Positions 1-7,686 of a stretch of DNA of 32,000 nt are shown in pieces. The DNA comes from Pyrobaculum calidifontis JCM 11548 (GTDB lineage Archaea; Thermoproteota; Thermoprotei; Thermoproteales; Thermoproteaceae). The number at the start of each line of letters is the position of its first letter. Within the stretch, counting starts at the first letter, position 1. Position numbers and translations under genes: made by a program. Below the pieces are notes generated by a model. It was given only the letters and a program-made list of their open reading frames with translations, was not told the DNA's origin and ran no database searches. The stretch is taken from positions 1,800,001 to 1,832,000 of the forward strand of contig NC_009073.1 in the NCBI RefSeq assembly GCF_000015805.1. Reading direction: 5' to 3'.

Positions 1-1
1 C

Positions 2-649
2 TACGGCAGAGTGGCCTTGGCGGTGGTCAACGCCTCAATTTTCCTTGTCTCCCTAACCTCGCTCCTCTTGGGCCTCTTAGTATACCAAGATGATCAAGAG
101 GGCATGTTAGAGTGGTTTTTGGCCAGGCCTGTGAGCAAGCGCTCTTATCTACTACAGCGGTGGCTAGGCCTCTCCATTTCCACCGCAATGGCGACCCTCG
201 CCGCCTACTTAGCCTCTTTCATTGTAGTATACGCCGTCTTCGCCGTGTCGCTCCCCCAGCTGTTAATCCTAGGCCTCTCCCTAACCTCGCTCTCTATCTC
301 CCTCCTATCGCTTGGCTTCTCCGTCTCTCTCTACTTCTCAGACAAAGCCGCCGCCATGGGGGCAGGCTTTCTAATATGGCTATACCTCACCTACGTCCAC
401 GACCTAGTGTTAATGGTCATAGGCCCCTCTCTCGCCCCTGGAGAGCTCTTTGTGGCATATGTTATAAACCCCATAGGCGCCGCAAGATTCTTAGCCATGT
501 ACACCATCGACAGCTCCCTCTCCTTTCTCAACCCCATCACAGCAGTCGAGGTGAAACTTTCTCTCGGCGACTTGGTCTTAGTTTTACCCGCCGCGGCTTT
601 GGCGGCCCCAGCGGCCATATTTATAGTCCTCGCGGTGAGGCAGAGGTAA
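2..649 (+). CDS. ABC-2 type transporter permease (NosY-like), 5' end outside window
   Basis: Reading frame is open from the window edge. Polytopic hydrophobic protein. The YVINPIGAARFL segment resembles LVLNPFHCAV of the permease at 2341-3090. Confidence 0.6.
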   Translation, partial: YGRVALAVVNASIFLVSLTSLLLGLLVYQDDQEGMLEWFLARPVSKRSYLLQRWLGLSISTAMATLAAYLASFIVVYAVFAVSLPQLLILGLSLTSLSISLLSLGFSVSLYFSDKAAAMGAGFLIWLYLTYVHDLVLMVIGPSLAPGELFVAYVINPIGAARFLAMYTIDSSLSFLNPITAVEVKLSLGDLVLVLPAAALAAPAAIFIVLAVRQR

Positions 650-677
650 AGTTTTTAACAGATATATCGGGCGGCCT

Positions 678-1835
678 ATGGCCAAGCTGGCCCTCTTCGT
701 GGCGGTGGCCCTCCACATGGTGGGCTTCGGCGCTGTGATCCCAGTCATGCCCACCTTGGTCAAGTCTCTGGGTGGAGATGCTGTGGTGCAGGGGCTTTTG
801 ACCTCCGTATTTACCCTCGCCCAGCTCGCCTCTGCGCCTCTGTGGGGCTGGGTGTCCGACAGAGTGGGCAGGCGGGTCATCATCGCCGCCGGCCTCGGCC
901 TAGCGGCCCTGGGTCACGCCGGCCTCTACCTCGCGAGAGACCTCCCCACAGCCTTCGTGGCAAGGGCCATCGCCGGCCTCGGCGGAGGGACGCTTCCAGC
1001 AATACAAGCCGCCGTGTTGGAGCTCAGCCGCCCAGAGGAGAGGGCCGCCTCCATGGCCCTATTCGGCATGGCCTTCGGCGTGGGGTTCGTCCTAGGGCCA
1101 CTAATTGGGGGCGTGGTGGCCGTTCTATCTCCACGGGGCCCATTCCTCACGGCGGCCCTCCTCTCAGCCACGGCTGCGCTGTGGACAGCCGCTGTTTATA
1201 GGTCCCCAGCAAGTCCGCCGGTGCCCAAGGCAGGTGGGGGCGGCGGCGAAGTGGTGGTGCTGGTCGCCGCGGCGTTTTTCCTCATGAATATGTCGTTTAG
1301 CCAGTTCGAGTCCATCGTGTCCTACTACGGGAGCGACTTGGGCCTAACGCCGGCTTACATAGGCCTCATGATGGCCTTCGCGGGAGTAGCCGCGGGCGGC
1401 GCGCAGTGGGCTGTGAGGAGGCTGGAGAGGGGAGGCTCCGTTGGCAGAGGCATATCCGTGGGGCTGGCCGCCATGGCGAGCGGCCTGCTGGCCGTGGCTG
1501 TGCCAGCTGTCCCAGCCCTCTTCGTAGGCGTGGCTGTGGCGTCTGCTGGGCAGATCATAGCCTCTGCCTTTATCTCCAAGGCTGTGGCAGAGGGGGCAGA
1601 GAAGGTGGGCCTAGCCTTTGGGGTCATGCAGACTGCGGGGTCGCTGGGGAGGCTCGTGGGCCCCGCGGCTGGGGGCTACTTGTACAAGGCGTTGAGCCCC
1701 TCGGCGCCCTTCCTCGCCGCCGCGGCGCTGGCTGTCTTAACTCTGGCCCTCTTCGCGTATGGCGTACGTAATTCCCCGGTTGGGACACGCCTTGGCGGCT
1801 CTCTTCACGTTTTCCAAGAGGCTCATCGGCACTAG
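678..1835 (+). CDS. MFS transporter
   Basis: About 12 predicted TM helices. MFS motif A-like WGWVSDRVGRRV lies after TM2. A/T-rich TATA-like TTTTTAACAGATATAT sits about 10-27 nt upstream of the ATG. Confidence 0.85.
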   Translation: MAKLALFVAVALHMVGFGAVIPVMPTLVKSLGGDAVVQGLLTSVFTLAQLASAPLWGWVSDRVGRRVIIAAGLGLAALGHAGLYLARDLPTAFVARAIAGLGGGTLPAIQAAVLELSRPEERAASMALFGMAFGVGFVLGPLIGGVVAVLSPRGPFLTAALLSATAALWTAAVYRSPASPPVPKAGGGGGEVVVLVAAAFFLMNMSFSQFESIVSYYGSDLGLTPAYIGLMMAFAGVAAGGAQWAVRRLERGGSVGRGISVGLAAMASGLLAVAVPAVPALFVGVAVASAGQIIASAFISKAVAEGAEKVGLAFGVMQTAGSLGRLVGPAAGGYLYKALSPSAPFLAAAALAVLTLALFAYGVRNSPVGTRLGGSLHVFQEAHRH

Positions 1836-1967
1836 CCCCCTCTCTAAGTCTCCGTCTACTCTAAACTCTGGCCTAACGGCGCTGTACCCGCCCTCAAGGG
1901 CGAAGACGGGCCCAACACACAAGCCGCAGCCCGTGCAAAGCCACCTGTCCACTCTCACAATAATCAT
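1737..1967 (-). CDS. single-cluster [4Fe-4S]/[3Fe-4S] ferredoxin, 76 aa
   Basis: CTGCGLC (CxxCxxC) plus a distal ACP cysteine, the Pyrococcus-type small ferredoxin layout. Its 3' end overlaps the convergent MFS gene by 99 nt. Confidence 0.75.
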   Translation of the reverse strand: MIIVRVDRWLCTGCGLCVGPVFALEGGYSAVRPEFRVDGDLERGLVPMSLLENVKRAAKACPNRGITYAIREEGQS

Positions 1968-1985
1968 GTTTGCGTGTGGACGTTG

Positions 1986-1994
1986 CTTTAAAAG
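1986..1994 (-). promoter_or_regulatory. TATA box (CTTTTAAAG) for the ferredoxin gene
   Basis: Centred about 23 nt upstream of the ATG at 1967, the leaderless spacing seen throughout this window. Confidence 0.5.
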
Positions 1995-1996
1995 AG

Positions 1997-2344
1997 TTAT
2001 TGCTCTTTTACTAGAAATGCCGCTGTGAGGAGGACCAGGGCCACTAGGCCGAGGAGGTGGTCCACGGGGATGTCCCCAACGGTAGCCATGGCGCCCGATA
2101 TCATGAAGTAGCTCAGCGTTATCTCTCTAGCCGCCAAGGCCACAAAGGCCGCCGTGAGGAGGAGGAACCTCCTGCTCCCCGTTCTCGCATAGGCATTTAC
2201 TGCCAAGTAGACGGGCAATACCACCAGCACGGCTGTGGCTATGTGGAGGAGGAAGTGGCCGAGGGTTAGGTGGGAGACGTGGGGGCCGGAGAGGGAGAGG
2301 GCCACGACGAGGATGGGGATGGCGAGTAGAAGCGCCCACTTCAT
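1997..2344 (-). CDS. small His-rich 4-TM membrane protein, last gene of the nos-like operon
   Basis: 4-nt overlap with the stop of the NosY-like gene. N-terminal GPHVSHLTLGHFLLH carries four His in 13 residues, followed by hydrophobic helices. Confidence 0.6.
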   Translation of the reverse strand: MKWALLLAIPILVVALSLSGPHVSHLTLGHFLLHIATAVLVVLPVYLAVNAYARTGSRRFLLLTAAFVALAAREITLSYFMISGAMATVGDIPVDHLLGLVALVLLTAAFLVKEQ

Positions 2345-3090
2345 ATGTCTCTCCCCCTGCCGGCCTCGTAGGCGGCGTAGGCGAATATGGCCGTATATAT
2401 GACGTATAGTGCGAGGATTAGGAGGGCGGCGGCCCCTAGGCCCAGCTGTCTAACTGCGAACTGCCCCGCGGCTCCCAGCGTCAGCATGTGGGGGTCCAGC
2501 ATGAGGAGGGAGGGGAGGACTGCGCAGTGGAATGGGTTTAGCACTAAGAGGGCGAAGAGCTGGGCGTCTCCCATGGGGGCAAAGAGGCCGGCGAAGGCCA
2601 CGGCCAGGTCGTAGACTAGGGCCAGGAAGACCCAGGCGGCTAGGGCAGACATGTAGGCATACCCCCTGCCCCTGGCGCTGAAGGCAGCCAGCGTCCCCAG
2701 CTGAGACCCAAGGAGGGCCGTGGCAAAGACCGCAGCGGCCGCGATGTGCCACAGCTCAGGCCTGAGGACGTAGTAGGGGGCCGTGGAGGCGAAGCCCACA
2801 ACAACGCCGTAGAGAGTATTTACGTAGAGGCGCCAAGCCGCGTAGCGCCTTCTGCCCCACTTGGAGAGGTAGAAATAGACGGCGCCCTCTCTATCGTTTA
2901 CAACCCCCGCCACCGCGACGAAGATGGAGAGGAGGAAGACCAGCAGAGAGAGTATGTTCACCGCGGATATTGCTGCGGCAAAGGCGTAGCCAAGCGACGC
3001 CGCCGCCACGCTCGCCGCCCACACCACCGCCATTAGGGCAAGCCCAACGGGGCTGAAGACGTCCCGCTTAAGCAGATACATCATAGCCAA
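2341..3090 (-). CDS. nosY: ABC-2 permease, NosY-like
   Basis: Six-TM hydrophobic protein directly downstream of, and overlapping, the ABC ATPase. Sits in nosD-F-Y gene order. Start is ambiguous (TTG 3090, ATG 3084 or 3081). Confidence 0.7.
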   Translation of the reverse strand: MAMMYLLKRDVFSPVGLALMAVVWAASVAAASLGYAFAAAISAVNILSLLVFLLSIFVAVAGVVNDREGAVYFYLSKWGRRRYAAWRLYVNTLYGVVVGFASTAPYYVLRPELWHIAAAAVFATALLGSQLGTLAAFSARGRGYAYMSALAAWVFLALVYDLAVAFAGLFAPMGDAQLFALLVLNPFHCAVLPSLLMLDPHMLTLGAAGQFAVRQLGLGAAALLILALYVIYTAIFAYAAYEAGRGRDI

Positions 3091-3694
3091 CCACTGGCAC
3101 TGCGCCGCCGGGCCTGGCGCACAGCTCCCCGCCGCACCTCTCTAAGTACAACGCCCTCACCGCCTCGGCCTTTGCCACAGCCTTCACCCTCCCCTCCTCT
3201 AGAACCACCACGTCTGGGCCGAGGGGGAGGAAGGGGAGGGGGTCGTGAGTCGCCACCATGAACTTCCTGCCAGATAAAAGCTCCACAAGCCTCAGCCTCC
3301 ACCTGGCGTCTAGAGAGGAGAGGGGCTCGTCTAAGAGGAGGCGGCGGTCTGTGGAAAAGGCCAGAGAGAGGACGACCCTGTAGGCCATCCCCGTGCTCAA
3401 CTCCTCCACTCTCTTCCCCAGGAAGGGCCCCACGTCGAAGAAGTCCACGAACTCCACCCCCAGCATCTTCGAGATGTGGCGCACGTACTCCCCCACGGTG
3501 GTGCCAGGCGGCAGTTGGGGTATTGGAGGGACGTAGAGGGCGTCGTCAAACACGTCGCCTTCGCAGAGGTATACCCCCGCCAGACACTTGAGGAGCGTAG
3601 ACTTGCCGCTGCCGTTGGGGCCTAGGACAATGGCGTTTCCCACCTCCACCTCCACGTCGAGGACAAACCCCCGCATCTTCTTCCGCACTCTCAT
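3068..3694 (-). CDS. nosF: ABC transporter ATP-binding protein, NosF-like
   Basis: Walker A GPNGSGKST, signature LSTGMAYRV, Walker B LLLDEP. ATGA-type 4-nt overlap with the NosD-like gene. Confidence 0.85.
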   Translation of the reverse strand: MRVRKKMRGFVLDVEVEVGNAIVLGPNGSGKSTLLKCLAGVYLCEGDVFDDALYVPPIPQLPPGTTVGEYVRHISKMLGVEFVDFFDVGPFLGKRVEELSTGMAYRVVLSLAFSTDRRLLLDEPLSSLDARWRLRLVELLSGRKFMVATHDPLPFLPLGPDVVVLEEGRVKAVAKAEAVRALYLERCGGELCARPGGAVPVVGYDVSA

Positions 3695-4860
3695 GCCCGC
3701 CTCCGCGCTGCGTATGCTACAATGGGCAGTGCAAAGAGGAGGGCCAACTGCCAGGGGGAGCCGCCGCGGGCGGGGGCCGGGCTTGGGTCAAAGGCCAGGG
3801 GCCTCCCAGCCACGCCGTCGATCACAGCCCTGGCCGGAAAGGCGGCAAGCCACCCCAGTGCCCCCTCCGTGGCCGTGAAGAGGTCTGAGAAGGCGCTTAC
3901 GTAGACGTAAGGGGCAGAGGTGCCGTGGCCCTGCCACATGTTGCCCACGAACCGTGCCTGTGGGAAGTCTTCGCCTATGGCCATGTACACTACCTGCACC
4001 ACGTTGCCGAGGAGCGAGTTGTTGTAAAACGCGACTCCCGACGAGCCCTTGCCCCTAATCGTCACTCCCACGTAGTTCCCCTCAATGGCGCAGTTGGACA
4101 CGGCCACGGCGGTGCCGCCCCAGGTCAAGACGTAGAAGCCATGGATGTTGCCCACGGCTCTGCAGTCCTCCACTGCTCCGCCCCTCACCTCGGCTATTAG
4201 GAAGCCGTACCCCTCGGACCACTCCCGGTTGTCCACCGCCTCGACCCCCTTTACCGTGGCGTTTGAGGTATACATGACGGCCACGCCCACGTAGCTGTCT
4301 CTAACGACGCCGTTGGCCACCGAGACGCCGTCGCTGAACATTATATGCACGCCGTATCTACAAGAGGCGAGGGAGAAGTTGCCTATGCGGAGGGCAGAGC
4401 TGTACTCGGCGTAGATGCAGTCGTGGAAGTAGCCCCCCACAGCCGCGTTGACAGTGACGTTTCTACTCCCAAAAACGTAGAAGCCGAGGCCGCGGCGGTA
4501 GACCGGGAGAGAGGGGTCTCCCCACATCTCCAGCCTGCCTATGTAGACGTCTGTGGAGTTGAAGATGAGCAAGCCGTTGACGCAGTGTACCCGCGCCGCC
4601 TCCACGGCAACCCGCTCGCCGATCACCACGACGCAGCCCACCGTGGGCTTAACCTTGTAAGCCGTCATCTCCCTCGGGAGGGCCACTTCGCCCCCGCCTC
4701 CGCGTACCTCTAAGACGCCTATTTTCACGTCGCTGGCGTTTATCACCACCCTCTCCCCAGACACATAGTCATAGAAGCCGGGCTTGTCCACTACCACCAC
4801 CTGCGCCGCGGCGCTAGCAACCGCGATACCAATTAGGATCAACAGACCACGCAGCCCCAT
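3691..4860 (-). CDS. nosD: NosD-like periplasmic parallel beta-helix (copper-binding) protein with C-terminal membrane anchor
   Basis: N-terminal signal peptide. Repeated beta-helix turns (for example NCAIEGNYVGVTIRG and VANGVVRDSYVGVAVMY). C-terminal LLFALPIVAYAARRRA anchor. A CTTTAAA TATA box lies 26 nt upstream of ATG 4860; the ORF track begins at TTG 4866. Confidence 0.75.
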   Translation of the reverse strand: MGLRGLLILIGIAVASAAAQVVVVDKPGFYDYVSGERVVINASDVKIGVLEVRGGGGEVALPREMTAYKVKPTVGCVVVIGERVAVEAARVHCVNGLLIFNSTDVYIGRLEMWGDPSLPVYRRGLGFYVFGSRNVTVNAAVGGYFHDCIYAEYSSALRIGNFSLASCRYGVHIMFSDGVSVANGVVRDSYVGVAVMYTSNATVKGVEAVDNREWSEGYGFLIAEVRGGAVEDCRAVGNIHGFYVLTWGGTAVAVSNCAIEGNYVGVTIRGKGSSGVAFYNNSLLGNVVQVVYMAIGEDFPQARFVGNMWQGHGTSAPYVYVSAFSDLFTATEGALGWLAAFPARAVIDGVAGRPLAFDPSPAPARGGSPWQLALLFALPIVAYAARRRA

Positions 4861-5428
4861 AGTCAAACTTCTCCACGAGACATTTAAAGTCCACCACGCC
4901 CCTCACCTCGCCGGGAGGCGGCGGGGAGTAGTTCTGCGGCCCGTCCAGCGTCTCTATGCGCCACGGCCCCTTCACCACGCCCCTCCGGTAAGCCTCCACG
5001 TTGTCGGGCGAGACAGCCACAATCCCCGTCTGCATAGCCGTAAACTCACCCGTCGCCAAATACACGGCATCCTCCCCCCTGATCCAGCCCCCGTCCACTC
5101 TATCGCGCACACAGACCTCCAACACCTCGCCGCCCTGCCTCTCCACCTCCCTATACCAAACAGCCATACAGCCTAAATCGTCAAAGAAGTACCACCTCTC
5201 CACCCCCCTCACCCTGGCCCTCATCGCCGCAGAAGAGGGCGGGTAGTCCACCACCATCTTACACACCGGGCACTCCTCTCTCCCGTAGACAAGCCGCACC
5301 TCCCCACACCGCCTAACACCCCCCGCACTCCCGCCACCCGCCCCACCCCAGCGCCACCAAAACGCCGCCAAAACCGCGCCGAGAGACGCCCCAGCCACCG
5401 CCGCGAGAAACCTCCTCCGAGAGACCAT
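4814..5428 (-). CDS. nosL: NosL-family copper chaperone with Tat signal
   Basis: Twin-arginine SRRRFLAAVAG. NosL hallmarks CPVCKM and FFDDLGCM. TTTATAA box about 25-30 nt upstream of the ATG. Confidence 0.75.
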   Translation of the reverse strand: MVSRRRFLAAVAGASLGAVLAAFWWRWGGAGGGSAGGVRRCGEVRLVYGREECPVCKMVVDYPPSSAAMRARVRGVERWYFFDDLGCMAVWYREVERQGGEVLEVCVRDRVDGGWIRGEDAVYLATGEFTAMQTGIVAVSPDNVEAYRRGVVKGPWRIETLDGPQNYSPPPPGEVRGVVDFKCLVEKFDYGAAWSVDPNWYRGC

Positions 5429-5545
5429 GAGGCGAAAGGCGCCGGGGCTTATAAACCTAGTGGAACAACCCGCCGAGAGAAAGCGGCGGGGCGTACCAGG
5501 GCAAAGAAAGGGCGTGGAAAGAGGAGGTTTCAGCCCGCAGATGGG

Positions 5546-6238
5546 CTAGCCGCCGTGGCTGGGCATCATTCCGCCGCTTCTGCACCAATTGGGCCGCGGC
5601 ATGCCGGTCTTCTGCATCACCTCTTTGTATAATTGTAACATCTGGTCGTAGGCGTACACCGTGGTGTTGTACTTAGCCGCGGTGTCTTTATCGGCGAAGG
5701 CGAACACGCAGTCGCCCATGGGGGTCTTCAGGTTCTGCATAATGACGTAGTAGGCCCTCTTGGCGTCAATATAAAGCGGCACGCCGGCCTTAGCGCTCTC
5801 GTAGTCGGGAACCATGACGGACACCACGTCGCCCAGCGCCTGTCTCACCTCCGCTGTAGACAGCCCTGTGACGTTCGTGATACGCCTAATGAAGGGCCAC
5901 TTCTCCACAGGCATCAACGCCATTCTAAATATGCAACCTATGTCGTCGGTCTTAGCCGTCTTCCCCGTGGAGAAGGTTACTATGGCTGAGACGCCCATCT
6001 TCTCAGCCTCGGAGACGTCCATCCCGCAGAGAATACACCGATGCGCAAAGGTGCCGTTAGTAAACATCTCCTCTAGCGCATTCCGCTTAACAACTGCCTG
6101 GGTGACGGTCTGAGTAACAGTCCGCTCGACGGTCTGAGTCACTGTAGCCGTTGGGGCAGTGGACACGCCTGCGAAATACGCCGCAAGGCCCACCACCACT
6201 GCGACCACCAGTGGGACAAGGTAGTTCGCCTTAGCCAT
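5546..6238 (-). CDS. NosL-like membrane-anchored protein with Met/His-rich C-terminal tail
   Basis: N-terminal TM helix. TVTQ-type repeat linker encoded by a 12-nt direct repeat (gacggtctgagt at 6104-6115 and 6128-6139). CILCGM and DDIGC motifs. C-terminal GGMMPSHGG. Confidence 0.6.
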   Translation of the reverse strand: MAKANYLVPLVVAVVVGLAAYFAGVSTAPTATVTQTVERTVTQTVTQAVVKRNALEEMFTNGTFAHRCILCGMDVSEAEKMGVSAIVTFSTGKTAKTDDIGCIFRMALMPVEKWPFIRRITNVTGLSTAEVRQALGDVVSVMVPDYESAKAGVPLYIDAKRAYYVIMQNLKTPMGDCVFAFADKDTAAKYNTTVYAYDQMLQLYKEVMQKTGMPRPNWCRSGGMMPSHGG

Positions 6239-6320
6239 AGGCCTCCGGCTTTCTCCTCATTTATTCTTTGTGGTACAGTTCGGCGGAGGGCCTCAAGAGT
6301 GTTGTACTACAACGCCGGCG

Positions 6321-6905
6321 TCAAGCCGTCTTCCTCTTCTCCAGCTTGTACCAAAGCTCGTGCATCTCCCAGCGGTAGCCAAGCCGCTCGGCGGCTCTCA
6401 GCGCCTCCTCCCGCCGCGCCCTAAGTTCCTCTGGGCTGTGGGGGTTGTACCTCATAGCCGCGGCCTCTGTCCAGTCGTAAAACAAGACCAGTCTCCTGGC
6501 AACGCGCTGGGCCTCCCTCAGTGCCGCCTCGACATCGGAGAAGTGGTGAAGAGCCATTAAAGACACTACGGAGTGGAATTCCCCATTGCCGAAGGGCAAC
6601 TCCTCAGCTCTGCCAAAGACAGCTCTCAAAACCCCCACCTCCACCAAGTCCCGAAAGCGTCTCTTGGCGGCGCCAAGCGCCGAGGGGTCCACGTCCACTG
6701 TCACAATCCTCCCCACCCCCCGCCTAACTAAGTACTCGAGCAGAACGCCGAAGCCAGTGCCCACGTCCAACACGCTGTCCCCCAAATCGTAGCGGTCCAA
6801 GTCGCGGAAAACCTCCTCAATCACGCCGCCGCCCAAGCTCAACTTTTTAACCCTTATGCCCCCAGACGCGTCACCACTGCCCGGTGCCACGTACAAGCCA
6901 GCCAC
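6321..6905 (-). CDS. class I SAM-dependent methyltransferase
   Basis: Motif I VLDVGTGFG and an acidic post-I motif VTVDVD. Start is uncertain: GTG 6905, or GTG 6824, which sits about 24 nt after an internal TTAAAAAG box. Confidence 0.75.
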   Translation of the reverse strand: MAGLYVAPGSGDASGGIRVKKLSLGGGVIEEVFRDLDRYDLGDSVLDVGTGFGVLLEYLVRRGVGRIVTVDVDPSALGAAKRRFRDLVEVGVLRAVFGRAEELPFGNGEFHSVVSLMALHHFSDVEAALREAQRVARRLVLFYDWTEAAAMRYNPHSPEELRARREEALRAAERLGYRWEMHELWYKLEKRKTA

Positions 6906-6995
6906 TCTATCGCTCTAGCGCGGTGCTTCAACTGCGGAGGAGTTGTGGCCGCGGATACACCGCTGGTCTAAAGGCGCAATATGCCTTGGCGATTG

Positions 6996-7502
6996 CTACT
7001 TGAGGTTCAAGAAGGCGAGGGCCAGCACGAGGAAGGCGTAGGCCAGGGCGATGAATCCCACGTTTACGACAAAGAGAGCGGCCCCCGCGGCGTAGGAGAT
7101 CCAGGCCAGTCTAAACTTGTAATCCCCAGTGGCCTTGTAGAGGGGGTCGTTCACCGCGTAGAAGGGCAACGCCGATATGCCCCAGAGAAGCGCCACTAAG
7201 GCCAAGGCCTCCAGCGGCGCCCTCCTAAAGAGGAGGTTCACCGGGGTCATGCCCGTGGCGTATAGAGTGGCGGCCGAGGCGGCTATCGCCGTGGCTATCC
7301 ACAAGGCGAGGTGGCGCCTCCTCTCTATGCAGAACCGCCGCATGGCCCAGAGATACGAGGCGAAGAGTATCACGTGGGCCGCTGGCGTCACTGGGAGGAG
7401 GATACCCTCTACAACAAAGGACAGCGCGCCGACGAAGCCGAAGACCTTGGCCAGAGATATGTCAATGGCCCCGCACCCCTGCCTCGCGCCGCCACCGCTC
7501 AT
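6996..7502 (-). CDS. polytopic membrane protein at the distal end of the SoxM-like oxidase operon
   Basis: Hydrophobic helices begin only after Met43 of the 210-aa ORF. The Arg/Ser/Pro-rich N-terminal extension is implausible as protein. Confidence 0.5.
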   Translation of the reverse strand: MSGGGARQGCGAIDISLAKVFGFVGALSFVVEGILLPVTPAAHVILFASYLWAMRRFCIERRRHLALWIATAIAASAATLYATGMTPVNLLFRRAPLEALALVALLWGISALPFYAVNDPLYKATGDYKFRLAWISYAAGAALFVVNVGFIALAYAFLVLALAFLNLK

Positions 7503-7686
7503 ACCACCTCTCAAAGTAGTAGAAGGACAGCGCCATGAGCGAGAAGAGGAGGAAGGAAGAGAACAGCGGCGCGTCGAACTGCCCCGCCCACGCGGCGCTG
7601 GCGGCGACCCACAGTGCGGCCGCTCCAAACACCACGGCCACCGCCAGAGAGAAGTACTTTAAAACGGCGTTAGGCTCCAGCGGCAT
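7462..7686 (-). CDS. small 2-TM membrane protein, oxidase operon
   Basis: Two clear TM helices. Overlaps the stop of the subunit I+III gene by 17 nt and the next ORF by 41 nt. Confidence 0.5.
   Translation of the reverse strand: MPLEPNAVLKYFSLAVAVVFGAAALWVAASAAWAGQFDAPLFSSFLLFSLMALSFYYFERWYERWRREAGVRGH

Noticed and set aside
112-1201. Alternative-frame ORFs 112-738 and 842-1201.
   Set aside because: They overlap the permease and MFS genes in other frames. They have Arg/Pro-rich nonsense composition.
1737-1835. 99-nt convergent overlap of the MFS and ferredoxin genes, considered as a possible mis-annotation or frameshift.
   Set aside because: Both ORFs have complete family features before the overlap, and there is no homopolymer run at the site. 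The MFS tail may simply be non-conserved. Recorded as uncertain rather than as a finding.
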